Shown here: positions 20,332-30,607 of the stretch, piece by piece
Numbering within the stretch: position 1 is the first letter of the stretch
Layout: each line of letters starts with the position of its first letter
NCBI GenBank assembly: GCA_963693055.1
Contig: OY843751.1
Span: 1,536,001 to 1,600,000, forward strand
DNA from: a bacterium
GTDB taxonomy: Bacteria; Zhuqueibacterota; Zhuqueibacteria; Residuimicrobiales; Krinioviventaceae
DNA: 64,000 nt
Direction: 5' to 3'
Notes under the pieces: generated by a model
The model's input: only the letters and a program-made list of their open reading frames with translations
The model's database searches: none
What the model was told of the DNA's origin: nothing
Position numbers and translations under genes: made by a program

Positions 20332-22122
20332 ATGTTTCATGTCATAGACTGGATTATTCTTGCTGTATTTTTTGTCATTGTTTTGTCCATTGGTTTACTG
20401 GTATCCCGCAGGGCGGGCAAAAGCAGTGCCGAGTTTTTTCTGTCAGGACGTAATATGCCCTGGTGGTTATTGGGTGTTTCAATGGTGGCTTGTACCTTTT
20501 CCGCAGATACCCCCAATTTGGTAACAGATATTGTGAGAAATAATGGTGTTGCGGGTAATTGGGCCTGGTGGGCATTTCTTTTTACAGGCATGTTGACGGT
20601 GTTTGTTTATGCAAAACTTTGGCGCCGGTCTGAAGTCATGACAGATCTCGAGTTTTACGAGATACGTTACAGCGGCAAAATGGCTGCCTTTTTGCGTGGA
20701 TTCCGAGCCATATACCTGGGCCTCTTTTTTAATGTTATGATTATGGGAACCGTTTCCCTGGCAGCAATTAAAATTGGTGAGGTAATGTTTGGTTTTAACC
20801 AGTATACAACAATTATTCTGGCATCTTTTGCGGTTGTTGTTTATGCGACTTTGGGTGGTTTGAGAGGCGTGATTTTTGCCGATTTTTTCCAGTTTGGAAT
20901 TGCCATGGTAGGCTCTGTTGCTGCGGCAGTAATAGCTGTCAAACAACCCGAGATTGGAAGCTTTAGTGCGTTGATCAGTCATGAAGCATTACAGGGCAAA
21001 TTGAGTGTATTTCCAGATTTTTCTGACTTGTCTGTTTTAATTCCGCTGTTTGTTATTCCTATTGCTGTTCAGTGGTGGAATGTTTGGTATCCCGGTGCTG
21101 AGCCAGGTGGTGGCGGTTATATTGCACAGCGTATGCTTTCTGCCAAAGATGAAAAGAATGCCATTGGCGCAACACTGTTTTTTAATATTGCACATTACGC
21201 ATTACGGCCCTGGCCTTGGATTGTTGTGGCGTTGAGTTCTATAATTATTTTCCCGGAATTGAGTGATATACATGCAAGATTCCCGGATATAAATCCCTAT
21301 TATCTTAAAGATGATATTGCGTATCCTGCAATGATGACACTATTACCCAAAGGTCTGTTTGGACTTGTAGTAGCTTCTTTGATTGCGGCTTACATGTCTA
21401 CAATTGGTACCCATTTGAATTGGGGCGCATCTTATATTGTTAACGATTTTTATAAACGTTTTATAAAACCCAATGCTTCTGAAAAAGAGCTGGTTGGCGC
21501 AGGACGCTGGTTGACTATAATATTAATGATATTAACAGCTATTGTTGCATTGTGGTTGCAAAATGCAAAACAAGCATTTGATATTTTATTGCAGATTGGT
21601 GCCGGTACAGGATTGATCTTTATCATTCGCTGGTTTTGGTGGCGTATTAATGCCTATACTGAGATTTCTGCAATGGTTATTTCATTTGTGGTTGCCGTCT
21701 TTTTTAAACTGGTAATCAAGGCACCTGAGGCAGGTATGGAAGCGGCCTGGTACCAGATGTCACATTGGCAGTTGGTAGCGGGTATCATTATTACTACCAT
21801 AACCTGGCTGGTTGTGACTTTTTTAACCCGTCCTGAAGATGATGAAACCCTGAAACGATTTGTTAAACTTACACGTCCCGGTGGAAACGGATGGACGCGT
21901 ATTAATGAACTGCTTTATAAAGAAGGGCACAAGCCTATTGAGCATCAGCTGGCATTAGAAATTTTTTGTATGGTTATAGGTGTGTTTACGGTTTATAATG
22001 CATTATTTGCAACCGGATTCTGGTTGTACGGCCAAATTGTTGGTGCTGTTATCAGTACAACTTTGACTACTATTGGCGCAATAGTATTATTAAAGGTTTT
22101 TGGCAAATTAAAGGTAGGTTGA
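20332..22122 (+). CDS. Sodium:solute symporter (SSS) family
   Basis: About 14 TM helices; FFLSGR, GGLRGV..D, QRMLSAK. Confidence 0.9.
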   Translation: MFHVIDWIILAVFFVIVLSIGLLVSRRAGKSSAEFFLSGRNMPWWLLGVSMVACTFSADTPNLVTDIVRNNGVAGNWAWWAFLFTGMLTVFVYAKLWRRSEVMTDLEFYEIRYSGKMAAFLRGFRAIYLGLFFNVMIMGTVSLAAIKIGEVMFGFNQYTTIILASFAVVVYATLGGLRGVIFADFFQFGIAMVGSVAAAVIAVKQPEIGSFSALISHEALQGKLSVFPDFSDLSVLIPLFVIPIAVQWWNVWYPGAEPGGGGYIAQRMLSAKDEKNAIGATLFFNIAHYALRPWPWIVVALSSIIIFPELSDIHARFPDINPYYLKDDIAYPAMMTLLPKGLFGLVVASLIAAYMSTIGTHLNWGASYIVNDFYKRFIKPNASEKELVGAGRWLTIILMILTAIVALWLQNAKQAFDILLQIGAGTGLIFIIRWFWWRINAYTEISAMVISFVVAVFFKLVIKAPEAGMEAAWYQMSHWQLVAGIIITTITWLVVTFLTRPEDDETLKRFVKLTRPGGNGWTRINELLYKEGHKPIEHQLALEIFCMVIGVFTVYNALFATGFWLYGQIVGAVISTTLTTIGAIVLLKVFGKLKVG

Positions 22123-22135
22123 TTGAAACCATGGA

Positions 22136-23560
22136 GTGGATTTTTTACTCATGAAGATTAGAGATTTAACTGAAAAGTTGGCAGGAAATAATCCGATATT
22201 AAAAAATCATCCGGACCTGATTGCGGCAGCCAAACAGGAATTTGATCCGGATAATGAAGTTCTGATCGTCAAGGCCCCGGGCCGTGTGAACCTGATTGGT
22301 GAGCACACGGATTACAATATGGGTCCGGTACTGCCTTGCGCTATTGATAAAGAAATTGTTTTGATCGTTGTTCCTTTATCGTCATCAACAGTTAACGTTT
22401 CAAATGTTGATGCAGCATTTGATAGTGTTGAATTTGATATTGGTACAGAAATTACACCTTTTGATAAAGGACATTGGGGCAATTATATTAAAGCAGGTGT
22501 TAAAGGTATTATAGAGCATTATGCAGAAACAGAAATAGCTTTTAAAGGATTTAAAGCTATTGCCTCGGGCACGCTGCCCAAAGCGGCAGGCCTCTCGAGT
22601 TCTTCTGCGCTGGTGGTTGTGTCTGCACTGGCTATTCTGGTTGCAAATCAAATAGAAATGGACAAACGCAGGCTTGCTGAACTTTGTGCGCATGCCGAAT
22701 ATTTTGTAGGAACGGCTGGTGGTGGGATGGACCAGGCTGCCAGTTTGTTAGGCAAAGAAAATACTTTTTTAAAAATGGATTTTAATCCATTGCGGATAGA
22801 ACCCATACCCGCACCTTCAGGTATGCAGTTGATGATTTTTCATTCATTGGTCCATGCAGAAAAAAGCGGTGAAATGCGTGAAGCTTTTAACCGCAGAGTA
22901 CTTGAATGCCGAATGGGTGTAGACCTGTTGAATCGTTTTGCGGCTGAACGCATGGAACAGTTCAAGCCTGTTGAATATATTGGTCATGTAGATGCAGAGC
23001 ATACCGGTATGGAAGAAAAAGCTTTGGATGTGCTTGTAACAGATTTTTTGGAATCTTTGAATGAATCATATTCTCTTGAAGAATTTCTGACTCTTTTTTC
23101 TCTCACAGAACAGGAATTGTTTGAAAGGTACAAGTCTATCATGCGCAGTGACCATATTGTAGAACCCAAAGAGGGATTTAAAATAAAATCCCGGTTCAGA
23201 CATGTATTTACCGAATGCAAACGTGTGCATCAATCCATTTCCTGTTTAAAATCCGGTGATATGGAGGCTATGGGAAAACTGATCAATGCATCTCACACCA
23301 GTCTCTCAGAGGATTACGAGATTTCTACTCCAGAGGTTGATCGACTGGTAGATTTGTTGAATAAAAATGGTGCATTGGGTGCAAGAATTATGGGCGCTGG
23401 TTTTGGCGGTGTAGTCATTGCATTGACAACACCGGAACATGGAAAAAGTCTTGTTGAATCGATAATGGAACTTTATTATAAAGACCGGGATGCAGCCGGA
23501 ATTGAAAATCCTGTGCTGGCATGTGTTGTTGGTGATGGGGCAGGAGAAATCCAATTTTAA
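22136..23560 (+). CDS. galK: Galactokinase (GHMP family)
   Basis: APGRVNLIGEHTDYN, GLSSSSA, GMDQ, GARIMGAGFGG. Confidence 0.85.
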   Translation: MDFLLMKIRDLTEKLAGNNPILKNHPDLIAAAKQEFDPDNEVLIVKAPGRVNLIGEHTDYNMGPVLPCAIDKEIVLIVVPLSSSTVNVSNVDAAFDSVEFDIGTEITPFDKGHWGNYIKAGVKGIIEHYAETEIAFKGFKAIASGTLPKAAGLSSSSALVVVSALAILVANQIEMDKRRLAELCAHAEYFVGTAGGGMDQAASLLGKENTFLKMDFNPLRIEPIPAPSGMQLMIFHSLVHAEKSGEMREAFNRRVLECRMGVDLLNRFAAERMEQFKPVEYIGHVDAEHTGMEEKALDVLVTDFLESLNESYSLEEFLTLFSLTEQELFERYKSIMRSDHIVEPKEGFKIKSRFRHVFTECKRVHQSISCLKSGDMEAMGKLINASHTSLSEDYEISTPEVDRLVDLLNKNGALGARIMGAGFGGVVIALTTPEHGKSLVESIMELYYKDRDAAGIENPVLACVVGDGAGEIQF

Positions 23561-23571
23561 GAGGTGACATC

Positions 23572-25008
23572 ATGGTTACCCGCAGACATTTTCTAAAAAC
23601 ACTCGGTGTAGGTATGGGCGCTGCCATGCTGCCCGGGTGTTCTTTACTACACAAATCCAAACCTAATTTTTTATTCATTCTGGTAGATGATTTGGGGATA
23701 TCAGATTTATCATGTTACGGCAGTCGCTTTTATGAAACCCCAAATCTGGATAAACTTGCCGCGTCTGGTACGCGATTCACGGAAGCGTATGCCTCGTGTC
23801 CTGTTTGTTCACCCACACGCGCGTCAATCATGACCGGTAAATATCCCACCCGGTTAAACATAACGGACTGGATTCCGGGGAACGACCCCAAAGATCGCAA
23901 GCTTTTAGGTCCCCAGGACAAACACGAACTACCCCTTGAAGAAAAGACCATTGCGGAAGCTTTACATGAAAACGGTTACCAGACTTTTTTCGCCGGTAAA
24001 TGGTATTTGGGTGACAAGGGTTATTTCCCGGAAGATCAGGGCTTTGATATCAATAAAGGTGGGCACCATGTGGGATCCCCGCCTAACGGTTATTACGTAC
24101 CTTATAAAATTCCCAATTTGCCGGATGGCCCGGAAGGTGAGTATCTCACTGACCGGTTGACCAATGAATCAATTCGATTTCTGGAAGAAAAAGGCAGCAA
24201 TCCCTTTTTATTGTATCTTGCATTTTATACTGTGCATACTCCCATAGAAGCATGTAAACGACATTTAGCAAAATTTGAGGCCAAGGCGACTGCGCTTCCT
24301 GAAACTGATGCACCAGTGTATATTTTTGAATACGCGGGCCACACCCGTCAGATCCAAAATCGGGCTGATTATGCCTCTATGCTTTATGCAATGGATGAAA
24401 ATGTAGGCAGAGTATTGGATAAACTTGAAGAGTTGGGCCTTTCAGAGAATACGGTTGTCATATTTACATCGGACAATGGTGGGTTGGCATCCCTTTATCC
24501 AAATCGGGATGCACCAACTGCCAATTTGCCCTACAGAGCAGGCAAGGGGTGGTGTTATGAAGGCGGTATCCGTGTGCCGTTAATTATACGAACACCCGGA
24601 GAACAGTCTTTTGAAAGTGATGAACCGGTTATCAGCATGGATTTTTATCCTACCATGCTCGAGCTTGCGGGGATACCGGCTATACCGGAGCAGCATGTTG
24701 ATGGAAAAAGTCTGGTATCTTTGCTGAATGGAGCAGAACGGCTGGACCGGAAGGCGTTGTACTGGCATTATCCGCATTATCATGGCAGCGCATGGACTCC
24801 GGGAGCAACTGTAAGAGCAAGGGACTGGAAGCTAATCGAGCTGTATCACGAGGAAAAGACAGAACTCTATAATCTCAAAGAGGATGTGGGTGAACATCAT
24901 GATCTTGCAGCTGATCGTCCGGATAAAGTTGAGGAATTGCAGAATATGTTACATCTCTGGCAAAAAGAGGCGGGTGCATTGATGCCAAAAGTGAATCCGG
25001 ATTATTAA
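23572..25008 (+). CDS. Tat-exported Cys-type sulfatase (S1)
   Basis: TRRHFLK Tat motif; DDLG; CSPTR; SDNG; GKG..YEGGIRVP. Confidence 0.9.
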   Translation: MVTRRHFLKTLGVGMGAAMLPGCSLLHKSKPNFLFILVDDLGISDLSCYGSRFYETPNLDKLAASGTRFTEAYASCPVCSPTRASIMTGKYPTRLNITDWIPGNDPKDRKLLGPQDKHELPLEEKTIAEALHENGYQTFFAGKWYLGDKGYFPEDQGFDINKGGHHVGSPPNGYYVPYKIPNLPDGPEGEYLTDRLTNESIRFLEEKGSNPFLLYLAFYTVHTPIEACKRHLAKFEAKATALPETDAPVYIFEYAGHTRQIQNRADYASMLYAMDENVGRVLDKLEELGLSENTVVIFTSDNGGLASLYPNRDAPTANLPYRAGKGWCYEGGIRVPLIIRTPGEQSFESDEPVISMDFYPTMLELAGIPAIPEQHVDGKSLVSLLNGAERLDRKALYWHYPHYHGSAWTPGATVRARDWKLIELYHEEKTELYNLKEDVGEHHDLAADRPDKVEELQNMLHLWQKEAGALMPKVNPDY

Positions 25009-25044
25009 GATTAATTTTACTTGTGAGTTGTTGGGATTCTGCTT

Positions 25045-25074
25045 ATATTTAGGTCTAAATTTGGACCTAAATAT
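25045..25074. promoter_or_regulatory. Palindromic TA operator
   Basis: ATATTTAGGTC-TAAATTTG-GACCTAAATAT immediately upstream of the antitoxin RBS. Confidence 0.7.
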
Positions 25075-25084
25075 GGAGTTTTAG

Positions 25085-25405
25085 ATGAATGGATTAAATA
25101 TTTCCAAAGATATTATTCCTGTTGGTGAATTTAAAGCAGGTTTGTCAAAATGGTTAAAAAGTGTAAGAGAAACGAATCATCCATTAATCATAACACAAAA
25201 TGGACGACCTGCGGGTGTGCTGCTATCACCAACCGAATATGATGAGCTTGTTGCGGTGAGATCATTTATTCAATCCGTTGAGAGGGGAATTGCTGATGCA
25301 GGATCCAATAAAGTCTATAGTACTCAGGAATTGAGAGAAGAATTGATTAATCACAGGGGGAATCGTAATAATGCAAGTGAGGTGGACTCGAGAAGCACTA
25401 GATAA
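25085..25405 (+). CDS. Type II antitoxin, Phd/YefM family
   Basis: 'IIPVGEFK..LS....V..T..PLIITQNGRPAGVLLS..EY'. Confidence 0.9.
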   Translation: MNGLNISKDIIPVGEFKAGLSKWLKSVRETNHPLIITQNGRPAGVLLSPTEYDELVAVRSFIQSVERGIADAGSNKVYSTQELREELINHRGNRNNASEVDSRSTR

Positions 25406-25664
25406 ACTTTTATTAATTGATGATTTTATTGCAAAAGAGAATCCTAAACGCTCAAAGAATTTTGTAAATTTATTGCTTGAAAAAGATGACTCGCTTGCTG
25501 AATCACCTTATAGGGGACGGAAAGTTCCAGAATTTAACAATTCACAAATTCGTGAAATAATAGTTAAAAATTTTAGACTTGTTTATAAAATATCTGCTGA
25601 TATTATATATATAATTACTGTATTTGAGGGTCATAAAATTTTGAAATTAAATAACTTGGATTGA
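25371..25664 (+). CDS. Type II toxin, RelE/ParE family
   Basis: 'VRWT.EA..L..I..FIA.ENP..P..GRKVPE..REI..FRLVY'. Confidence 0.9.
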   Translation: MQVRWTREALDKLLLIDDFIAKENPKRSKNFVNLLLEKDDSLAESPYRGRKVPEFNNSQIREIIVKNFRLVYKISADIIYIITVFEGHKILKLNNLD

Positions 25665-25680
25665 TTTATTTAATAATAAA

Positions 25681-25710
25681 CCGGTTTCTGACAAGAGAGC
25701 CAGAAACCGG
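25681..25710. terminator. Terminator hairpin between convergent units
   Basis: CCGGTTTCTG-ACAAGAGAGC-CAGAAACCGG. Confidence 0.7.
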
Positions 25711-25721
25711 ACATTAAGATT

Positions 25722-26642
25722 TTATCGTGTAACTGTTATCCAGGTTGTGTCCGCAACGAAAGAGCCGAATACACCAATACCGTCTCCTTCAATGGCAAAG
25801 ATGGGTTCGTGAAAATTGCCATCATCTTCCTGCACATCCTCATAGGTATCAATGAATTTGCCGTAATTTTCATCCACCACCATGAGATTGATCTGGTGTC
25901 TGCCATAAAACCAGAGATCAGACCACCAGACCCTGAAATCGGTTTGACCGGGGGTGTCATCAATATTGATGATATAGTTGTATTCATCAATGTAATCATT
26001 ATAATGATCAATTACATCTTGCTCATCCAACTTTTCTATGGGATTGTCATAGATAAAGGAATCAAGCTCTGCATCCATGGCATTGACTACCATCATGTAA
26101 AAATCAGAACCAACAGCATGATCGAATGTGACCATAAATTCTAACACCTCATTGTTTTCATCTTTTTGCCGATATTGCAGTTCCGTATAATTGATATCTG
26201 CAATTTTAAAGGTGGCAGAGGGTACTGTCGTTGTGGATGATGCATTCAGAGTTTTTCCATCGATAACTGCTGATACCTGAATGCTGTAGGTTTTATCATT
26301 CTCGACCAGAACACTATTATCCGTGCAATACCAGTAATAATCATCCAAAGATCCATTGTTTGTTGAATGAAATGCCAGGTCATACGTGATATTATCCGTT
26401 TCGTTGGTAAGCAGAACCTGGGTTGTGTTTGGATCCGAAATCAAGTTTGTGTTGTTTAAATCAGTCCCTACGGGTACATTGCGTGTAATCCGTATATCTT
26501 TGATAGGATTCCCTGCCGCCAAAAATCCTTCTATAACGATTTTAGATTCAAACCCGCTGTTGCTGGGTTCCATTGTTGCTTTACCGCAAGCTATCAAAAG
26601 TAATGCAGGCAATATATATGTTATTAATTTAATTGTTTTCAT
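25722..26642 (-). CDS. DUF4249-like surface lipoprotein
   Basis: Lipobox LIAC; 'KIVIEGFL'; C-terminal 'IEGDGIGVFGS'; follows a TonB receptor. Confidence 0.75.
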   Translation of the reverse strand: MKTIKLITYILPALLLIACGKATMEPSNSGFESKIVIEGFLAAGNPIKDIRITRNVPVGTDLNNTNLISDPNTTQVLLTNETDNITYDLAFHSTNNGSLDDYYWYCTDNSVLVENDKTYSIQVSAVIDGKTLNASSTTTVPSATFKIADINYTELQYRQKDENNEVLEFMVTFDHAVGSDFYMMVVNAMDAELDSFIYDNPIEKLDEQDVIDHYNDYIDEYNYIINIDDTPGQTDFRVWWSDLWFYGRHQINLMVVDENYGKFIDTYEDVQEDDGNFHEPIFAIEGDGIGVFGSFVADTTWITVTR

Positions 26643-26656
26643 TATGTATTCTCCAG

Positions 26657-28951
26657 TTAAAAGTGTACATTAACGCCCAATGTTGGCAATATGGGAAGCA
26701 TATAAATCTCTTCAAAATCCGGTTTTCCATTGTCGTAATCATAATTCACGAACCATACATTACGGCGGTTACCCACATTATATATCTGCAAAAAGGGCTC
26801 AAGCATCCAGGTTGTGAATTGTTTTTGCCAGGTCATGCTCAGGTCAAGGCGGGCGTAATAGGGCAAACGCACATTGTTGATCAGAGTCGGTGCAAATTCT
26901 ACATTTCTGCCCGGCGAATAGGGAGAACGGGCGATTACGTATTGAGAGCCGGGCTCTGTATATGGCTGACCGGTAGAATAGACAAAGTTTGAACCAAATA
27001 TCATATTGCCGCCCCACATTCTGCGAGAATAATTGGCAACAATATTTAATGTTGAACTGCGGTCATGTCTGGGTGCAAAGGGGCGTCCCTTGTTGATATT
27101 GTCTACTGTATATTCTGTTTTGGAGTACGAGTAACCAATCCATCCGCTGATGCGGCCAAAGTTCTTGCGCAGCAGCAATTCCATACCCCAGGAATCCCCG
27201 TCACCCCGATTAAAAACACCGCGGGTAGATTCGTCATAGACAGGATATCCATTCTCATCATAATAAGCGGGTTCTACATAGGCACCCATGTTGTTATTGA
27301 TGGAAAATAAATTGTTATATTCTTTGTAAAAGGTTTCTATTTCAAGTTCTACATCCTGCATGATCTCGTGTTGGTATCCCAAAATAAAGTGATTGGACTT
27401 GGATACATCGCGATACTGGTTGGCAACCGTCCAGATATCTGAAAATAAAAAACGTGGCATACGATGCAGATACTGGTAATACTTGCCGGTAGCGGCTTTG
27501 ATCATTGCTTTTTCACTCAACCGGTATTTTAAAGAAAATCTTGGTGCAACATTGTTAAAATTTTTATCGGATCTGAAATGATTATATCTTAGACCGGTTT
27601 CAATGTTCCAGATAGGATTCGGAGTCCATATAACCTTTGCATAACCCACAGTATGGGTAGGCTCCATTAGGATCTTGATTGCACCCTGGTCTTTTACATA
27701 TTGATCATATTTATTCTGTAAATATTTTTGTTCAAATCCGAATTTGGTTGAGAAATGAGAAGAAAGATAATATTCAAGATTACCCTTCATGGTTAAATCT
27801 TGAAGCTCATTTTTTTCACTGACGTAAAACATGGGCATTTCAAAATCTGAACTAAAGCGACTGCCTGTAAGCCAAAAATTGGAAAACAATTTCGGTGAAA
27901 ATATATGGGTCCAGCGCACGCTTGAAGTCTGGTTTCCCCAGTCATAATGAAATCCACTGGATTCTGTAGATTCGTTGTTAAAAGTCAGGTTCAGCACATC
28001 ATTCCCTCCATAGGTGCTGATGGTGAGGCGATTACTATCATCCAGCTCAAAAAAGGCTTTAATATTTCCATCCCAGTAATAATATTCCGGAATATCATCC
28101 ATCATTTTTCCTACGGTCTGGTCAAAATATGTCCTTCTGATAGAGCCGGAAATAGAGCCGATTTTTCCCACCGGCATCTGGACTGTTGTTTTTGCCGACA
28201 ATAAGCTGATAGACGTGGTATTTTCAAAACGTTCACGGTTTCCGTCCAGGTTGGTTATATCCAGTACGGAAGAAAGGCGTCCACCATATTCCGCACCGTA
28301 ACCACCCTTGTGCACATCCACATGTTTGATGGCATCGGTATTGAATGTTGAAAATAAACCGAATGCGTGCTCGGGATTATATACATCGGTACCATCCAGC
28401 ATGATCAGGTTCTGGTCCGGGGTGCCCCCGCGAATATACAATGCCGATGAATAGTCTGACAAGGGTAAAATACCCGGCAAGGTCACCAATGTACGCATCA
28501 AATCCGCTTCTGCGATTTGTGGCACGCGTTTGAGCTGCATGGGATTGATCTCAATTTTTGATATGGATTTACGATACATTTTTTCAACCGTCGGTACCGA
28601 ATCTGCCGAAACAATTACCGTTTCGCCCAACAAGGCGGTTTCACTCAAAACTGCATTGATCTGGAGATTTTCACCTGTTTTAATATTTAATGTTTTGCTG
28701 AAAATATCATAACCCAGCATGGAAATAACCAGTTCATATCTCCCCGGTTGGATTTTGGGGATCACATAGTACCCGCTGTTGTTTGTGCTGCAACCGATAT
28801 AGGTGTCTTTAAAAAATACATTGACCCCAATGAGCGCTTCACCGGTTGCCTCGTCGGTAACGAATCCACGCAGGGTTGAGAAATCTCCCTCGGCGAAAAC
28901 CGCGTTGATGCACAAAAAGATGATGAAAAGAATGTTAATGATGCGTTTCAT
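26657..28951 (-). CDS. TonB-dependent receptor with CarboxypepD_reg-like N-domain
   Basis: 'GFVTDEATGEALIGVNV'; plug 'LPG..YIRGG.PDQN.IMLDG'; 'KGGYGAEYGGRLSS'; C-terminal F. Confidence 0.9.
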   Translation of the reverse strand: MKRIINILFIIFLCINAVFAEGDFSTLRGFVTDEATGEALIGVNVFFKDTYIGCSTNNSGYYVIPKIQPGRYELVISMLGYDIFSKTLNIKTGENLQINAVLSETALLGETVIVSADSVPTVEKMYRKSISKIEINPMQLKRVPQIAEADLMRTLVTLPGILPLSDYSSALYIRGGTPDQNLIMLDGTDVYNPEHAFGLFSTFNTDAIKHVDVHKGGYGAEYGGRLSSVLDITNLDGNRERFENTTSISLLSAKTTVQMPVGKIGSISGSIRRTYFDQTVGKMMDDIPEYYYWDGNIKAFFELDDSNRLTISTYGGNDVLNLTFNNESTESSGFHYDWGNQTSSVRWTHIFSPKLFSNFWLTGSRFSSDFEMPMFYVSEKNELQDLTMKGNLEYYLSSHFSTKFGFEQKYLQNKYDQYVKDQGAIKILMEPTHTVGYAKVIWTPNPIWNIETGLRYNHFRSDKNFNNVAPRFSLKYRLSEKAMIKAATGKYYQYLHRMPRFLFSDIWTVANQYRDVSKSNHFILGYQHEIMQDVELEIETFYKEYNNLFSINNNMGAYVEPAYYDENGYPVYDESTRGVFNRGDGDSWGMELLLRKNFGRISGWIGYSYSKTEYTVDNINKGRPFAPRHDRSSTLNIVANYSRRMWGGNMIFGSNFVYSTGQPYTEPGSQYVIARSPYSPGRNVEFAPTLINNVRLPYYARLDLSMTWQKQFTTWMLEPFLQIYNVGNRRNVWFVNYDYDNGKPDFEEIYMLPILPTLGVNVHF

Positions 28952-29020
28952 GAATGTTCTCCATTAATTTGTTCATGTATAGACATACGTTTCCTGTGCG
29001 TGATGATTTGAATGGATTAA

Positions 29021-29806
29021 TCACCTGCCAACCAGGTTAATGTTGCCGTTTGTACTGCTTAATGTTATTGTGCTTTTACCGTCTCCGAGCTGTTCCTGCA
29101 ATGCCCGTGTAGGAAGTTTATTCGGGTCAATTGTTAACCCGCTTGCTTGAATCATTCCATTGTTTACGGATGCATAGAGCCAGGCAGATGTGCTCTGTGG
29201 AATGGTAAGTGAAATAGATCCGTTTTCAGTTTTGAAATTTTGTTCGCAATATTCCGGTACATTTACGTTTGCATTGATACTGCCATTGGTTACCGTGGCA
29301 TTCAGACCACCATAGATTTCGTCGAGATAGATATCTCCGTTTACAATCCTGGCCTGGGTATGCGCATGCAAGGTGTTTGCGTGAATCGACCCATTGACCA
29401 GAACAAGCGCTGTTGACCAGTTTTCCGGAATTTGGATCTGGTAACTTGAAAAATAACTGCGGCCCTGAGAGTCATCCGGTTGGCGTGTCTGTACATAGAG
29501 AGATTGATCTTCTTCAGAGATATCGATATACATATCGTCAAGATAATGCAATGCGTCTGCTTTGCTCTCTGACTCGACACGTTTTGTTCCGGATATTCGG
29601 ACAGAATCTGTCTCATTTATACCGGTAACCACTACCGGTCCGTTGACTGCATACAGAACCAGTCTGTTTTTCCCCATTGAGGACAATGTATATGTAAAAT
29701 CTGACTCGGCTGATGCCTGAATATGATCGACATTGTATATATTGTCTGATATATTGCAGCTAAATGTCAGAAATGCTGCCAATAAAATGATAATCAGTTG
29801 TTTCAT
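29021..29806 (-). CDS. DUF4097-like beta-helix lipoprotein
   Basis: RBS AAGGAG, lipobox LTFSC, repeated xxNGxI motifs. Confidence 0.75.
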   Translation of the reverse strand: MKQLIIILLAAFLTFSCNISDNIYNVDHIQASAESDFTYTLSSMGKNRLVLYAVNGPVVVTGINETDSVRISGTKRVESESKADALHYLDDMYIDISEEDQSLYVQTRQPDDSQGRSYFSSYQIQIPENWSTALVLVNGSIHANTLHAHTQARIVNGDIYLDEIYGGLNATVTNGSINANVNVPEYCEQNFKTENGSISLTIPQSTSAWLYASVNNGMIQASGLTIDPNKLPTRALQEQLGDGKSTITLSSTNGNINLVGR

Positions 29807-29894
29807 TGTTTCTCCTTTAATCTTATCCATATATTGATGATAATTTTAAAAGAGAACCCGGGTTCGTGATATCCCGTCGGATATCACTATAGCG

Positions 29895-30605
29895 CTATAT
29901 CTTTAAACGTCTCAAAGCTGATTCAATCTGGTTCAAAATTTGTGTATCGGTATTTTCACAAGCCTGGCATTGTTTAAGCGCAGCTTGATATGCGTCAATA
30001 GCCTGGCCAGGTTCATTTAATTCTTCAAATGTTAACGCCAGATAGTAATTGATCTTTCCACAATCTGTTGTAGTATTGGTCTTGCTTGATATTTTTTTCA
30101 ACTTGACAACTGTATTGGTATAAAATTGTTGATTGTACAAGGCCAATGCGCCATTGAATTCCTGATTCCAGGATTGTGTGTTTTCCTGTGATTCTGTATT
30201 ATTTATAGTTGTTTTCATTTCACCATGAACAACACTGACGTTGCCCACCCGTAATTTTGCTTTATCTTCTCTGGGTGCAATTTTGTCGACTTTGGATGAC
30301 ATGAGATAGAGAAACATTTCCCGTTTGGTAATGCGCCGCAAATCACCAATGTCAAGTATGGAATTACTTCCCAGGTGAAAGATGGTTCCATCGTTCATTT
30401 CAAGGTCTGCATTTCCCTCAAGGGTGAGGATAGTATCAATAACTTTTAATATCATCCCATTTGCAGCTTTAGTCCAGTTTTCATCAAGCCCACGCCGGAC
30501 TCTGACATCTCCATCAACATTGCTGATGGTAACATCTGCAAACGTAAATTGGGATAATAATAAAATAAACAACAAACCGAATGCTTTTTTCATAATATGC
30601 CTCAA
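29895..30605 (-). CDS. Periplasmic FecR-like domain + TPR protein
   Basis: Signal peptide; 'V.GDV.V..W..A..GM.L..D.I.T..A.L..DGT..LGSNS' is FecR-like; 'YYLALTFEEL....AIDAYQAAL' is a TPR. Confidence 0.75.
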   Translation of the reverse strand: MRHIMKKAFGLLFILLLSQFTFADVTISNVDGDVRVRRGLDENWTKAANGMILKVIDTILTLEGNADLEMNDGTIFHLGSNSILDIGDLRRITKREMFLYLMSSKVDKIAPREDKAKLRVGNVSVVHGEMKTTINNTESQENTQSWNQEFNGALALYNQQFYTNTVVKLKKISSKTNTTTDCGKINYYLALTFEELNEPGQAIDAYQAALKQCQACENTDTQILNQIESALRRLKI

Positions 30606-30607
30606 TA

